A stretch of DNA of 54,904 nucleotides from a virus (IMGVR_UViG_3300036846_000162:1-54904), one strand, 5' to 3'. Positions 28,635 to 39,244 are shown, counted from the stretch's first letter. A program made the numbers and translations. The notes: generated by a model from the sequence alone, not told the origin.

Positions 28635-31008
28635 CTTGTGTTGTTTTAATTTGTGATTTATTAAACTGTCCAATATTCCTAGTAATGCGGATAGTCCTTC
28701 TTTTCCTTTCATATGCTAGTCTTTTAGATGTTTTCAAATAATACTGATTAAGGAGCCTTATTCCTGACTCCTTTACAAGCCTTAGTATGAGTAACCAATC
28801 ATCACTGTTCTCTATCCCAGGATACTGATGTAGTATTGGTATCTTGATATTATACTTTTCTTTGAAAGCTTCAACATCATCCATTAGTCTTGGTATCTTT
28901 GGTATCTTATCCATCCTCTCTTTGCTCATCCATTCATTCAATCTTCTAAAGTTAAGTTTGCCATACCATTTATCTTTGAGTCTGTCATGATCTTCTTTGT
29001 AACCCTTAAGAAACCTAGCCTTAATAGCATCATATACTCCATCTATAGCAATAGTCCTTGTAAATCTAGCTTTGAGATTAATCATAAACTTATGATTGTA
29101 GAAGTCAGACCAGTATATGATATTAGGATTCTGATGCTGAATACCTTTAAGAGCACTTTGAGCTACCTGTATTATCATAGGATTACCTACCTTACCATTC
29201 CTTCTAGCTCTTTTCTGTTCAGCTCTATTTGTATCATAGTAATATCTAATAGACCAACTCAACTTTATCAACTCTTCTTTGTCCTCTCTATAACCAAAGA
29301 TAATAAACTCCTTTGACTTTAACAATTTTAACTTCTTAATATCCTTACCAAATCCCGCACCTATATCTCTTACAAAGATCTGCTCATTAATCATCCTCTG
29401 ATAGCTTGCTGTCCTTTCATACTCTCTCCTCTTATACTCTGATACCCACTCTTTACTAGGCTTATAGCTTTCATAAGTACCCATTGATTTAAGCTTTACT
29501 TGCCTATCTATCTCTTTGATATACTGATATGCTATCCTAGCCTTATTATCTGAACCTTTTCCTTCTGTAAATCTTCCTGTCCTCAATCCTAGCATCCTAA
29601 ATATATCCCCCTTCAACTCAAAAGAAAACTTATCTGCCTTCTTGTCTCTACTAACCAAGTATATAGTAGCACTATAAGGATACCTTTCATTGATATACTG
29701 GTTAGTATACTGTGATAGATGACTAATGTCCTCTACTACCATGAAATTACCTCTAATAAAATCCTCTTCACTAAACTGTATTACATTCTTAGCCTTAGTA
29801 TTCCTTATTGCTCCATATGATAACATACCTACTATCTTCCACATGAAGAATAGATTCTCTGGATACTTTATTGGTAAATCTGCTAATGGGGCATATTTCA
29901 CACTCTTAGAAAATGCACTACCAGACCATAGATGTAACTGATGTCCTTTACTCTCATCAAATGCTATCTTTATAGTCTGAGTCTTATTTCTAAGAAAATG
30001 ATTTATGTTATCTATTATAGGATTCTGTAGGTCAAACTTCTCTTCTAACTCCTGCCTTAATAAGCCTATCCTTTCTTGTATCTTTTTAACATCTTCCTCT
30101 GTGTATCTCAAAGACTCTCTACTTGGAGTTACCTTAAGCTCACCTACCTCAAACTTTACTGCTATTGGTATACTAAGCATCTCAGTAGGTATCTTTACAA
30201 ACTTAGGATCTATGGTATACTTAACATTGCCTAAAGACACATGAATGTTGTTGTTGTACTGGTCTATATCAGACCTAAACTTAAAGTACTTTCCTTCATA
30301 TATGTCATAGTCATTATTAATACTACATCCAGAAAAGTACACATCATCGAAGTATGTTAACTGCTTTCTTAGCTCGTCCTTAAACTTGCTTATATCACTA
30401 GTATAGTTAATAATATTACCATCTTTAAACGTGTCCTTAATCTGTATCCTTATTATAGTACCATTATGCTCTTCTGTTGGCTCTCCTATTGGATATCTCT
30501 CATCATTAACATAATCATAGCCTTTGAGAGACTCTAGAGTAGGCTTTGTTTCTCCTTTATGATATAGATACTCATACTTCATACCGTCAAATACAGTATC
30601 AATGTAGAAGTAATCCTGATATGCAAGTGGAGTCTTGCTACCTAATCCAAATCCTCCTATCTGTTTATTATCTCCTCTCTTAGTAGAACTGAAATAGTTC
30701 ATATAGATGTTCAGCATCCTCTCTGGAGATATACCTACACCCTTATCAATGAACTCTATAAACCATCCTTCATCTGGCTTACTGAACATCTTTACTATCA
30801 CTGGGTCTGTGACACCTGCCTCTACATGTGAATCATGGCAGTTGCTTGTGATCTCCCTTATTAGAGAACCTATAGGATTAGAATAGAGCTGTGTAGAAAC
30901 AAACTCAAAGACAAAGGGCATACTGTCCTCTGCTATGCCTGCTTCTATGCCCTCTTCTGTATCTCCTATGTTCTCTATATCTAATGTCTTTAGTTTCTCT
31001 AGTATCAT
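28543..31008 (-). CDS. rIIA-like protein with N-terminal GHKL (HATPase_c) domain
   Basis: LYSNPIGSLIREITSNCHDSH, DKGVGIS, FSSTK, IGGFGLGSK, NGT, and LKVTPSRESL, typical of T4 rIIA-like proteins. Confidence 0.8.
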   Translation of the reverse strand: MILEKLKTLDIENIGDTEEGIEAGIAEDSMPFVFEFVSTQLYSNPIGSLIREITSNCHDSHVEAGVTDPVIVKMFSKPDEGWFIEFIDKGVGISPERMLNIYMNYFSSTKRGDNKQIGGFGLGSKTPLAYQDYFYIDTVFDGMKYEYLYHKGETKPTLESLKGYDYVNDERYPIGEPTEEHNGTIIRIQIKDTFKDGNIINYTSDISKFKDELRKQLTYFDDVYFSGCSINNDYDIYEGKYFKFRSDIDQYNNNIHVSLGNVKYTIDPKFVKIPTEMLSIPIAVKFEVGELKVTPSRESLRYTEEDVKKIQERIGLLRQELEEKFDLQNPIIDNINHFLRNKTQTIKIAFDESKGHQLHLWSGSAFSKSVKYAPLADLPIKYPENLFFMWKIVGMLSYGAIRNTKAKNVIQFSEEDFIRGNFMVVEDISHLSQYTNQYINERYPYSATIYLVSRDKKADKFSFELKGDIFRMLGLRTGRFTEGKGSDNKARIAYQYIKEIDRQVKLKSMGTYESYKPSKEWVSEYKRREYERTASYQRMINEQIFVRDIGAGFGKDIKKLKLLKSKEFIIFGYREDKEELIKLSWSIRYYYDTNRAEQKRARRNGKVGNPMIIQVAQSALKGIQHQNPNIIYWSDFYNHKFMINLKARFTRTIAIDGVYDAIKARFLKGYKEDHDRLKDKWYGKLNFRRLNEWMSKERMDKIPKIPRLMDDVEAFKEKYNIKIPILHQYPGIENSDDWLLILRLVKESGIRLLNQYYLKTSKRLAYERKRRTIRITRNIGQFNKSQIKTTQDGQEATEEGCYETAIQHLPEESREELHRED

Positions 31009-31295
31009 TTGTCCTCCTTCTTGTAATTATTGAATACATAAGTTAGTGCTACTACCAAATCAGTCTTTGGAAAGTCTCTTTCGTATCTCTTCTCTATCTC
31101 CCTAGCCATCTTAATTCTACCAGTACGCATACACTTACAGTATACTCTTAGTGCCTTTACACCTATTCTATGTCTTTCTACTGTATCTGCATACTCCATC
31201 ATCTCTACTAGTAGGCTTGTGTCTATTATCTTTCCTCTGTTTTCTGCTTGACTGAGCCACTCTCTAATAGCCTTTTCAAATGCATTCATTACCAC
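31005..31295 (-). CDS. Hypothetical protein
   Basis: Coupled between ung and the rIIA-like gene. Confidence 0.55.
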   Translation of the reverse strand: MVMNAFEKAIREWLSQAENRGKIIDTSLLVEMMEYADTVERHRIGVKALRVYCKCMRTGRIKMAREIEKRYERDFPKTDLVVALTYVFNNYKKEDK

Positions 31296-32035
31296 TCAAT
31301 TTTAGATTGTTTTTTAAATCCTAGTATGTCGTTGGCTATATTGAAGTGATTGCAGCCTGTGAATTTATACTCACTTCCTGGTCTTGTCTCAGCAGCAGGA
31401 TGATTGGCTTCAAGGATATAGTTATACTCTAGTCCTTTGTAGTCTCTGTTCCATTTGTAATAAGCATTGATATAACCTATAAATCCCTTAGCCTTACCAC
31501 CCCACATCATCCATATAGGCTTTGGTCCTATAGATATAGACTTCACTACAATCCTTGTAAAGAATCTCCACATATCTGCATGTGAATTAGCCTCTCCTGC
31601 CTTTACAGTTAAGGCAGCATTTAGGAGGAATACTCCCTGGTCTGCCCAATGCTGTAACGTTCTCCAGTTATAATCTGGATACTTCTCCCTAAAATTTGTA
31701 ATATACTTATTGAGATCTGCATTGTCCATTCCTTTGAATACTTCCTTCTTAATTATCTTTAGGGATGGTGGCTCGGCTATCTCCTTATTGACTGCAAATG
31801 AAAACCCATTAGCCTGACCATGATTACTATACGGGTCTTGCCCTAATATTACTACTTTAATATCCTCCATAGGCATAGAGAATGCTCTAAAGACATTATT
31901 AGCCTCTGGATAATACCTTATGAATGGTAGTACCTTAGTCTTTAGTAGCTCCATCTTTGGGTCTACAAATGCAGACTCTAGGCTATCATACCAAGACGAG
32001 TGTATCGCTTTTGGAAACTTCACTGTTGTTATCAT
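31289..32035 (-). CDS. ung: Uracil-DNA glycosylase, family 1
   Basis: VVILGQDPY, PPSL, WADQGVFLLN..LTV, SH..W, NHP..., GCNHF motifs. Confidence 0.95.
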   Translation of the reverse strand: MITTVKFPKAIHSSWYDSLESAFVDPKMELLKTKVLPFIRYYPEANNVFRAFSMPMEDIKVVILGQDPYSNHGQANGFSFAVNKEIAEPPSLKIIKKEVFKGMDNADLNKYITNFREKYPDYNWRTLQHWADQGVFLLNAALTVKAGEANSHADMWRFFTRIVVKSISIGPKPIWMMWGGKAKGFIGYINAYYKWNRDYKGLEYNYILEANHPAAETRPGSEYKFTGCNHFNIANDILGFKKQSKIEW

Positions 32036-32495
32036 TGTTACCTCCTTGTTTACGTAATTGAACTAATGGTATTGTAGTTGTCATACACTTACAATGCTTA
32101 CACCAGACTGACTGATCGTCATACTCTACAGTCTGGTCTGTCTTACCTGTGTTTATACCTACCCACTCAAGCATAAATACTTCATCAGTAAGGCACTTAG
32201 TACATACTACCCAATTCTTGAACTCTGATAGTAGATGCCATCCATCAGGTGTGAGTACATGGAAAGTACCTGTATTATCAATCCCAAAATCACCTTCTTC
32301 CTGCTCGACTTCAGGTAGTACTTTATCCCACTTATCGAGGAGTTCTTTAAACTCCTCTTCTGTTAGTAATTTCTTCTCAGAGAAAGGTACAGGTATCATA
32401 CTTATTACTGCTACCACACCTTCTCTAATCTTACTAAGGTCTGCTGCTCTAGCTATTGAAGCTATCATTTGTATTGGTCTCATTTCGATATTCAT
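31986..32495 (-). CDS. Hypothetical protein with zinc ribbon
   Basis: CTKC...WCKHC. Confidence 0.6.
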   Translation of the reverse strand: MNIEMRPIQMIASIARAADLSKIREGVVAVISMIPVPFSEKKLLTEEEFKELLDKWDKVLPEVEQEEGDFGIDNTGTFHVLTPDGWHLLSEFKNWVVCTKCLTDEVFMLEWVGINTGKTDQTVEYDDQSVWCKHCKCMTTTIPLVQLRKQGGNNDNNSEVSKSDTLVLV

Positions 32496-33490
32496 ATCTC
32501 TAACTGATTTAAAAGTTTTAAAGTATCTTGTCTTCCCTCTTTTGGTAAGAAATCTCCTAAGTCTTTTAACCTATATTTGATTGGTATGTTTACTATCCTA
32601 GCTTTACCCCACTCTATATCGTCTAGCACCTTCATTAACTTGACAGCCAACTTTATCCCCATTTCATCATTATCAAAGAATATCACTATCTCCTTAAACC
32701 TAACACATAGGTCTACAAGTATCGCTTTCGAGGGTATTATGTTCTCTGATGGTAGCCATATTGTATTAGGTCTCTCTAGATTACGAAGTATCCTATGATC
32801 TTTGTATGCCTTAGCAATTATCAATCTATCTCCACTACTGATATTATTAATATTACCTACATGGTCCACTGTACAGTTAGTAATAAACTTATACTGTGCA
32901 TTATATGGTTGATATAGCTTTACAGCATTACCAAAGTCTATTGCATAACATATTGTTTGAGGTCTAAATGAAGATACCTTACTTGTCTTATAGTTATGGA
33001 TTATCACTCTACTGGCTGGTGCTACCCTATCCTCTTTTAGCTGTTCCTCTGTTATACTGCATAGATTCCAAAATCTCTTATCCTTAACTCCGAACTTCCT
33101 AGTTTGGTAATATATCTCTGTCCTCTTTACTGGCTCACCAGTGAACTCAAAAGAAATAGGTATTGGGGAATAGTCATTTCCATTCTTAGATAACCCGAAT
33201 GCATCACATATCATTGTAAGTACTGATTGTAGACTGGCTCCGTGAGTATCCATAGCCAACTTAAAGCATGACCTATGTGTTGGCGTATCTCCAAAGTCTA
33301 CAAATAACATATCTCCATTGGCTAGCGTATCTATTCTGCATCCTGGCTGTCTGTCCTTTCTTATTGGTGACCTATATCTTCTACCTTCTTCTATCTTCTC
33401 TCCTAGTATCCATTCAAATATCTGTTGTTGACTTACTTTCTGTAGAACTTGTTGAGGGGTTAGTTCTACATATTCGTAATATCCATACAT
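32492..33490 (-). CDS. DNA primase (TOPRIM, crAss-type)
   Basis: SPIRKD..PGC N-terminus; FFDNDEMG TOPRIM motif; KDLGD. Confidence 0.8.
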   Translation of the reverse strand: MYGYYEYVELTPQQVLQKVSQQQIFEWILGEKIEEGRRYRSPIRKDRQPGCRIDTLANGDMLFVDFGDTPTHRSCFKLAMDTHGASLQSVLTMICDAFGLSKNGNDYSPIPISFEFTGEPVKRTEIYYQTRKFGVKDKRFWNLCSITEEQLKEDRVAPASRVIIHNYKTSKVSSFRPQTICYAIDFGNAVKLYQPYNAQYKFITNCTVDHVGNINNISSGDRLIIAKAYKDHRILRNLERPNTIWLPSENIIPSKAILVDLCVRFKEIVIFFDNDEMGIKLAVKLMKVLDDIEWGKARIVNIPIKYRLKDLGDFLPKEGRQDTLKLLNQLEI

Positions 33491-33503
33491 TGCTGATTAA
33501 TTT

Positions 33504-33538
33504 AAAAAAATAGGGGTAGCACGCTGAAATGCTACCCC
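33504..33538 (-). terminator. Intrinsic terminator after the SSB-like gene
   Basis: GGGGTAGCA/TGCTACCCC stem with adjacent A-run (U-tail on the - strand). Confidence 0.75.
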
Positions 33539-33574
33539 CTAAGCCAACCTATTTAACTAAAACAAAAAACTATA

Positions 33575-34456
33575 TTACCATGCTGATGATTCAGGCTCTG
33601 CTGTGGGTGTAGCTGTACCTTCTGCTACTGTACCATTACCTGCTGCCTTATTCATAGCCTCTGCTCCAGCTTCATCTGTATCATCTTCAGGAGTTTCCGG
33701 CTTAACTTCCTGACCTTCAGCATTAGTTCTCCTTGCAAATGCACTGGACATAAACCATCCACTCCTTGCAAATGGATGCTCAATCTCCTTGCCTTCTGCT
33801 GTCATTACTGGATGTTCTTCATCCCCTTCTCCTTCTACCTTAATATACCATAGAGCCTTTGTTACACTCTCTGATGGATCTGCTACTCTCTGTTCTTTCC
33901 ATGTTCCTTCCTGGTGCTTACATAACCATCTTGCATGTTTCATACTTCTTGGTATTTCAAGATAGGTAATGTTCTTACCTGTACTTGGTTGCCATTGATA
34001 CTGAAGAAATATGTCCAACTCAACCTTACTGGAATTTGCCGGTAGTAAACTCTTTGCTGCTACTATATACTGCTTAAAGTTAGCAAAAGGTCTTGAGAGT
34101 GCAGCCTTGATACCCTCAATATCCTCGCTATAACAATGTAACACATGAGTTATCATTGCTCCTATTGCCTTTATCCCTTCATTATAGCCTTTAACATACT
34201 CGGCACTGGCTGTATCTGTGATCTCCTTCCTGTTCTTATCGAATACTTTATTAACAGGATATATACGCAGGTTCCTTTCTGTACCTGCAATGTTAAACTT
34301 TAAGTCTAATGCTTCTCCTTCTGAATTATCCTTACCTGCATTTGGATTAAACTCGAACCCTACCAGATAGGTATTGCTGTTGAGTCCAAAATGTAGATTA
34401 AATGGTCTTACATCATCTGATGCATAACCATAGCCCATCTTTGCTTCGTCTGCCAT
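33575..34456 (-). CDS. Putative single-stranded DNA-binding protein
   Basis: Lies between the AAA ATPase and primase genes; acidic disordered tail ending in Trp. Inferred from synteny. Confidence 0.5.
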   Translation of the reverse strand: MADEAKMGYGYASDDVRPFNLHFGLNSNTYLVGFEFNPNAGKDNSEGEALDLKFNIAGTERNLRIYPVNKVFDKNRKEITDTASAEYVKGYNEGIKAIGAMITHVLHCYSEDIEGIKAALSRPFANFKQYIVAAKSLLPANSSKVELDIFLQYQWQPSTGKNITYLEIPRSMKHARWLCKHQEGTWKEQRVADPSESVTKALWYIKVEGEGDEEHPVMTAEGKEIEHPFARSGWFMSSAFARRTNAEGQEVKPETPEDDTDEAGAEAMNKAAGNGTVAEGTATPTAEPESSAW

Positions 34457-34508
34457 AGATTACTAGTTTTAATTGGTTTTTAATGATTGTTGTTTATGTA
34501 TATACAAT

Positions 34509-34544
34509 AAAAAAGAGTAGTGCTATTAAATATATACTACTCTT
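34509..34544 (-). terminator. Intrinsic terminator
   Basis: AAGAGTAGT/ACTACTCTT stem with A-run. Confidence 0.6.
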
Positions 34545-34562
34545 CCTTACGAATTAATTCAA

Positions 34563-34994
34563 CTATTCCCAAACTGTTGAAACAGGTTGTGGTTCCGCGT
34601 GAGCTGCTTGAGCCTCAACTACACTACCGTTGGTAGCTGGTGCTTCAGACTGATTAACAGCCCCATGTGAGCCTTCTGCTTCAGCATTATCTTTCTTCTC
34701 CTTCTTCACAGGAGGTACGTAGGTTGGTATATCATCACCACCCTCGTCAACAATGTTAAAGGCGTTAGATGCCTGTTTGGTAGTCTTTTTACCCTTCAAT
34801 TTGGGATGGTCAAACAATGCCTTTGTTTGTGGCTGATTTAGACCATAATGATCTCCTATCTGCTTCCTGGTCTTACCTTCCTCCATCATGACGAGTATAT
34901 CAGGTATGCTTACAGGTACGCTTTCCTTCGGTCCGTAATTTCTTTTTACTTTGGTAGTGCCTTCTGCTACTCCTTTATTTGTTTGTTCTGACAT
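34563..34994 (-). CDS. Hypothetical protein with possible HTH and disordered tail
   Basis: EGKTRKQIGDHYGL HTH-like segment; has its own promoter and terminator. Confidence 0.6.
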   Translation of the reverse strand: MSEQTNKGVAEGTTKVKRNYGPKESVPVSIPDILVMMEEGKTRKQIGDHYGLNQPQTKALFDHPKLKGKKTTKQASNAFNIVDEGGDDIPTYVPPVKKEKKDNAEAEGSHGAVNQSEAPATNGSVVEAQAAHAEPQPVSTVWE

Positions 34995-35035
34995 AAAAAC
35001 TATTTTTTGTGGTTATTGAATAAAAATTTACATTG

Positions 35036-35067
35036 CAAATATAGCATAATCTATGCCTAATTCCAAA
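35036..35067 (-). promoter_or_regulatory. Bacteroidota primary sigma promoter
   Basis: - strand TTTG-N20-TATATTTG matches the -33 TTTG / -7 TAnnTTTG consensus. Confidence 0.75.
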
Positions 35068-35069
35068 TT

Positions 35070-35840
35070 TTATTGTGAATTTGTTTCACTTTTTTCTTCT
35101 ATACCCAAACCGAGATAATACTTATCCACTTTGCGGATTACAAACCCCATATCATTTGGGATATAAAGCTCCTCAAAAATGTCATAAGACTTCGCAGTAC
35201 TGTAAACCCCATCATCATTTGTAACGAACTGTTTAACGGCTCTTTTTTGCACATGGTCGTACTCGCTTTTGCCAACTAAGACAACATCAAATTTACCTTC
35301 TGGTGTTATATAATTGTTAACCATAGTACCTGTTGTTTTAAACCTATATCCCTTCCTTCCATCTGCCTTATCATACTCTTCTCCGTGAGCCATCATTATG
35401 AAGTTCTTCTCCTTTGGCATCCTTGCTATACCTTCAAATATCTTCCCCATATCATAGCCTATCTTCTTTGGTGCATCCCACCCCGCTGATAGAGCTTTGG
35501 ACATATAATAATCCTGCATGATATAGTTAGTATCATCTAGTACTATATTATGAATCATCTTAACGGTTGCTAACAGACTTATTGCATGTACTATTAACTT
35601 AGGATCATTGGTCATTATCCTTCTATAGTCCTTTAACTCCTTTGCTGTTGTACTGCCTGAAAATGTTGTCATGGTATTGAATATCTTATCGCTTTCAAGA
35701 CCACCTGGTAGATTCTTTGCAGTTGCGCTTATCAAGTACGTGTTAGTCGGGTCTAACCCTTCTATTTTTAGCTTCTCACTCTTGATAATACTACTGGTCT
35801 TACCAAAACCACTCTCTGCTACTACTAATATTGATGCCAT
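35070..35840 (-). CDS. AAA ATPase (AAA_24/Sak4-like)
   Basis: Walker A AESGFGKTS, Walker B IVLDD; ITPEGKFDVVL. Confidence 0.8.
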   Translation of the reverse strand: MASILVVAESGFGKTSSIIKSEKLKIEGLDPTNTYLISATAKNLPGGLESDKIFNTMTTFSGSTTAKELKDYRRIMTNDPKLIVHAISLLATVKMIHNIVLDDTNYIMQDYYMSKALSAGWDAPKKIGYDMGKIFEGIARMPKEKNFIMMAHGEEYDKADGRKGYRFKTTGTMVNNYITPEGKFDVVLVGKSEYDHVQKRAVKQFVTNDDGVYSTAKSYDIFEELYIPNDMGFVIRKVDKYYLGLGIEEKSETNSQ

Positions 35841-36982
35841 TATCTTGGTTTAATTTTAAATGGTTCAAAATAATTGATTTGTCCATGCATGTTCAGCTTC
35901 ATATGCACAGGACTGTCTACCCACCTCGCATCTGCTACATGTAATGACCTGTAATTAGGATGCTGATTGTTCGTTAGGTCAATACCGAAATGTTTATCTA
36001 AGTTATACTTCTCATCATTAGGATTAAACATCGTGAGTAATATATGAGACTCTTCTGCTAGATTACCTGTATCCTTTACATCATCAGCAGTTGGAAATAT
36101 AGTATCTCCTGCAAACTTTATCCTATCTACATTGCTTACTCCTCTATTACTATGAGCTATGTTTATCATTGTAGCATTATATCCATTCACAAACTCTGTA
36201 CTATACTCTAACCATTTATCCAGATTATCCTTCATACTAATTCCTTTCTCTCTTATCATCTTCCTATAATGGTCTGTAATTACTACTGTCATTAAGTCTG
36301 GATTGTGCTCATTGAATGATACTACAACTTCCTTAGTAATCTCTTTACCCTTTTCATCTTGAGTCTTGAACTTCTCTGTTACCTCTGTACCATGCTGCTT
36401 GAAATAATGCTTAATAAAATTCCTTACTCCTGTTGGTGTACTTGATTTCTCTACAAATGTAACCTTTCCTGGTGACTTCAACTGTCCATTCTTATAGTAT
36501 TCTCCAAATATAGGTATTATCCTATCATTGTAAATACCTCTTAACATCTCCTTATGCTCATCATTCATCTTTACTATGCCTATGGTCTTTCCAAACTTGT
36601 CGAAGTGTAACTGTCTACCTGATAGATAATTATGAGACATTTGATACTCTACACCATCATACTCAAACTTAAATATCCCACAGTCTTTGAACATGAATAA
36701 TGCTGCTATCTTAAACTCCTTGCTTACTCTATCTATCTCATAGCTATTATATATCCAGTGTATGTTCTCCAGATTACCCTTGTCTTTCATGTACATATAC
36801 GGAGCTACTAGAAAGCAAAAATCTGCAAGAGCTGTCTTTCCTACCTTCTGTGCTGCTGCTAATCCTATGCTTGTCTTCTTCTGTAACCCATTGATTGCTC
36901 TGTTTAAATTTGGTAAGCCTGTGGATAATCCCATATTCTTACCTTCCTGACCTGCTTTGAATACCTCTACGAAATTACTCAT
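35840..36982 (-). CDS. DnaB-like replicative helicase
   Basis: GLSTGLPNLNRAINGL, AAQKVGKT, VITDH, D.KDTGNLAEES motifs. Confidence 0.8.
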   Translation of the reverse strand: MSNFVEVFKAGQEGKNMGLSTGLPNLNRAINGLQKKTSIGLAAAQKVGKTALADFCFLVAPYMYMKDKGNLENIHWIYNSYEIDRVSKEFKIAALFMFKDCGIFKFEYDGVEYQMSHNYLSGRQLHFDKFGKTIGIVKMNDEHKEMLRGIYNDRIIPIFGEYYKNGQLKSPGKVTFVEKSSTPTGVRNFIKHYFKQHGTEVTEKFKTQDEKGKEITKEVVVSFNEHNPDLMTVVITDHYRKMIREKGISMKDNLDKWLEYSTEFVNGYNATMINIAHSNRGVSNVDRIKFAGDTIFPTADDVKDTGNLAEESHILLTMFNPNDEKYNLDKHFGIDLTNNQHPNYRSLHVADARWVDSPVHMKLNMHGQINYFEPFKIKPR

Positions 36983-36994
36983 ATAGTGTTTGTT

Positions 36995-37531
36995 TTAATC
37001 TATTACTTTTCCCCTAATATCTGTACCTCCTTTTTGTGTTTTCTTTTTCACCTTTTCACAATACTCTAATAAAGTGCTCTTCTCCATCTTTCCTACTCCA
37101 TCGAAGATGAACTTATGTGACTTCATTATGTACCCTCTGTCTGTGAACCTAAAATATAAATCCCTTGCAGCAAATATATCTTCTTTTGAGTACTCTGGAT
37201 ACTTGTAAAAGAACTTTTGCATACGTGAGATAGCATCTCTCCAACTACCCTCTCTTTCTATGTTTACTTTGCCAAACCCTTCTACCCAACCTTTTACCCA
37301 CATGAAATCTCCTTTCTCTGGTATGGTAAAAAGATCTACAGTCCAGGTATTTACACCTAGACCGTAGTCCTTTATAATAATCTTAGTTAGATTTATGGCA
37401 GAGATTACTTCCTCCGGTATAACCTTCTCAACATCCAGCCCAAAATACACTCCTAAGAGCATCAATAGACCTGCATCAACATCTATGTTGTGTTCCTTGA
37501 GTGTAGCTATTACCATCGGATTGATTTTCAT
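36995..37531 (-). CDS. Hypothetical protein of the replication module
   Basis: 178-aa ORF upstream of the helicase. Confidence 0.65.
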   Translation of the reverse strand: MKINPMVIATLKEHNIDVDAGLLMLLGVYFGLDVEKVIPEEVISAINLTKIIIKDYGLGVNTWTVDLFTIPEKGDFMWVKGWVEGFGKVNIEREGSWRDAISRMQKFFYKYPEYSKEDIFAARDLYFRFTDRGYIMKSHKFIFDGVGKMEKSTLLEYCEKVKKKTQKGGTDIRGKVID

Positions 37532-37833
37532 ACTACGATTTGTTTCTTTAAACTAATAAGATTGTTTACAGCCTTCCTTAATTCCTTTTGAACACCTGTA
37601 CCTTTGAGGCAAGCTTCAATCACCTTTAAGTTCTTGTCAAATGCCTCTACAAATTTCTCTTCGTTTACATCTAAGTCAACTTCCTCATCTCCGATGACTA
37701 TCCCATCTTGACAGTCATCGGCTTCTTTAAATGCTTCTTGTAAATCATCAAATACCTTTATTGCACCAGCCTCTGTGGTACATATCGCAGCATGTTCCCA
37801 TCCTCCATGCTTTTCAATCACAATAAATGACAA
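37528..37833 (-). CDS. Hypothetical protein (TTG start)
   Basis: AAGGAGGT-N5-TTG. Confidence 0.6.
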   Translation of the reverse strand: MSFIVIEKHGGWEHAAICTTEAGAIKVFDDLQEAFKEADDCQDGIVIGDEEVDLDVNEEKFVEAFDKNLKVIEACLKGTGVQKELRKAVNNLISLKKQIVV

Positions 37834-37867
37834 CTTTTACCTCCTTTTTATTTTAATTGTTAATTAA

Positions 37868-39244
37868 TTACCATCCTGCTGACTCTGCCACTACTTCTTC
37901 CTGATCTTGTAACAACTTAGCCTTCCCTTCCATTACATCCTGGTACCTGATATATCTTATCCTCTTGAGATTAAGACCTCTTATAGCCCTATTAGCCCAT
38001 TCCAAATCTACAGTATCTTCATATGCTAGTACTACAATCTCACCTGTATGACCTCTATAATACCGCAATATCCTACCTATCCTTTGAATGAAATGCAACT
38101 TCTTACTGTTAAGCTGCACTATAAAGGCTATGTCAATCTTTCCCAAATTCACGCCCTCATTAAGAGCTTCTACACATGACATCTGTCCTCTATCCTTTTC
38201 TACCCATTCAGCTATATCCACACTACCATTATATCCTGACATGATAAACTCATACTCTGCTACCTTCTCTGGATTGGTCTTATCTTTTGGCAGTATTGTA
38301 GGCTTTGAGAAGAACCTCTTACCACAAGTCTCTATAGCCTGCCTCTTATTAGCACAGAATATAAGAGTCTTTAAATGTTCAGGAACCTTAGCCGTCAACA
38401 TGTTTATTGCTGCTCTGGTCTTAGACTTAGCCTTATAGATAAACTGCATCCTCTGTATCCTGGCAAATGGCTTATTACTTGTCTGTGTTACCCTTGTAAG
38501 ATATAGATACTTACTAAGCTCTGTCTGATAGAAATAAGCTCCTGCCTTACCACTCTTAATATACTTTTCAGTATCATTGAGAGGCAATGTCACGATAGTG
38601 ATATTATAAGGAGATGCAATACCCATCATTACAGCTTGATCTAAATCTAGAGTATATACTGTCTTTATTCCTAAAGACCTTAATAGGTCTCTCTTCTCAT
38701 AGTTTTCAGGCTCTGTTGCAGTTAATACCAGTATATCATGTACAGGATTCTTATGAAAGTACTCCATATGTGTAGGAGTAATATTATGAGCTTCATCCAG
38801 TATTGTAAGAGCCGGATTAGTACCTACTAGATTGTTGATACTGTCATAGCACTCTGCTGCCATATAGCTCCATGCTTCTTCTTTATTCCATTGCCTAAAC
38901 TCATCTCTCCAGCCTATATCTCTTAGCCTAATAGTAGGCACAATGATATTTACTTTTGATTCTACTGAATAGCCTGTTGCTATATCAATACCAATCTTAG
39001 TCTTACCAACTCCTGTAGCAATATATACTGCTCCTTTTCTTCCTGCTAATACCCATGCTTCTATTGCTTCCTGTTGAATCTTATTCTTAATCCTACTGGT
39101 TATAGTCAATTCTTCTTCATCCGTAGTTAGGTCATAGAGTTCTTCTCTGATCTTTCCTATCTTCTCCGTATGATATTTGATTGTCTCCCTTCCTTGTAGT
39201 ATTATAGATAGTTCCAACAGCAGCTTTTCTTTACTGCTCTTCAT
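37868..39244 (-). CDS. Superfamily 2 DEAH helicase (UvsW/SSL2-like)
   Basis: ATGVGKT, LDEAH, LTAT, LNEGVN, QRIGRILR. Confidence 0.9.
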   Translation of the reverse strand: MKSSKEKLLLELSIILQGRETIKYHTEKIGKIREELYDLTTDEEELTITSRIKNKIQQEAIEAWVLAGRKGAVYIATGVGKTKIGIDIATGYSVESKVNIIVPTIRLRDIGWRDEFRQWNKEEAWSYMAAECYDSINNLVGTNPALTILDEAHNITPTHMEYFHKNPVHDILVLTATEPENYEKRDLLRSLGIKTVYTLDLDQAVMMGIASPYNITIVTLPLNDTEKYIKSGKAGAYFYQTELSKYLYLTRVTQTSNKPFARIQRMQFIYKAKSKTRAAINMLTAKVPEHLKTLIFCANKRQAIETCGKRFFSKPTILPKDKTNPEKVAEYEFIMSGYNGSVDIAEWVEKDRGQMSCVEALNEGVNLGKIDIAFIVQLNSKKLHFIQRIGRILRYYRGHTGEIVVLAYEDTVDLEWANRAIRGLNLKRIRYIRYQDVMEGKAKLLQDQEEVVAESAGW

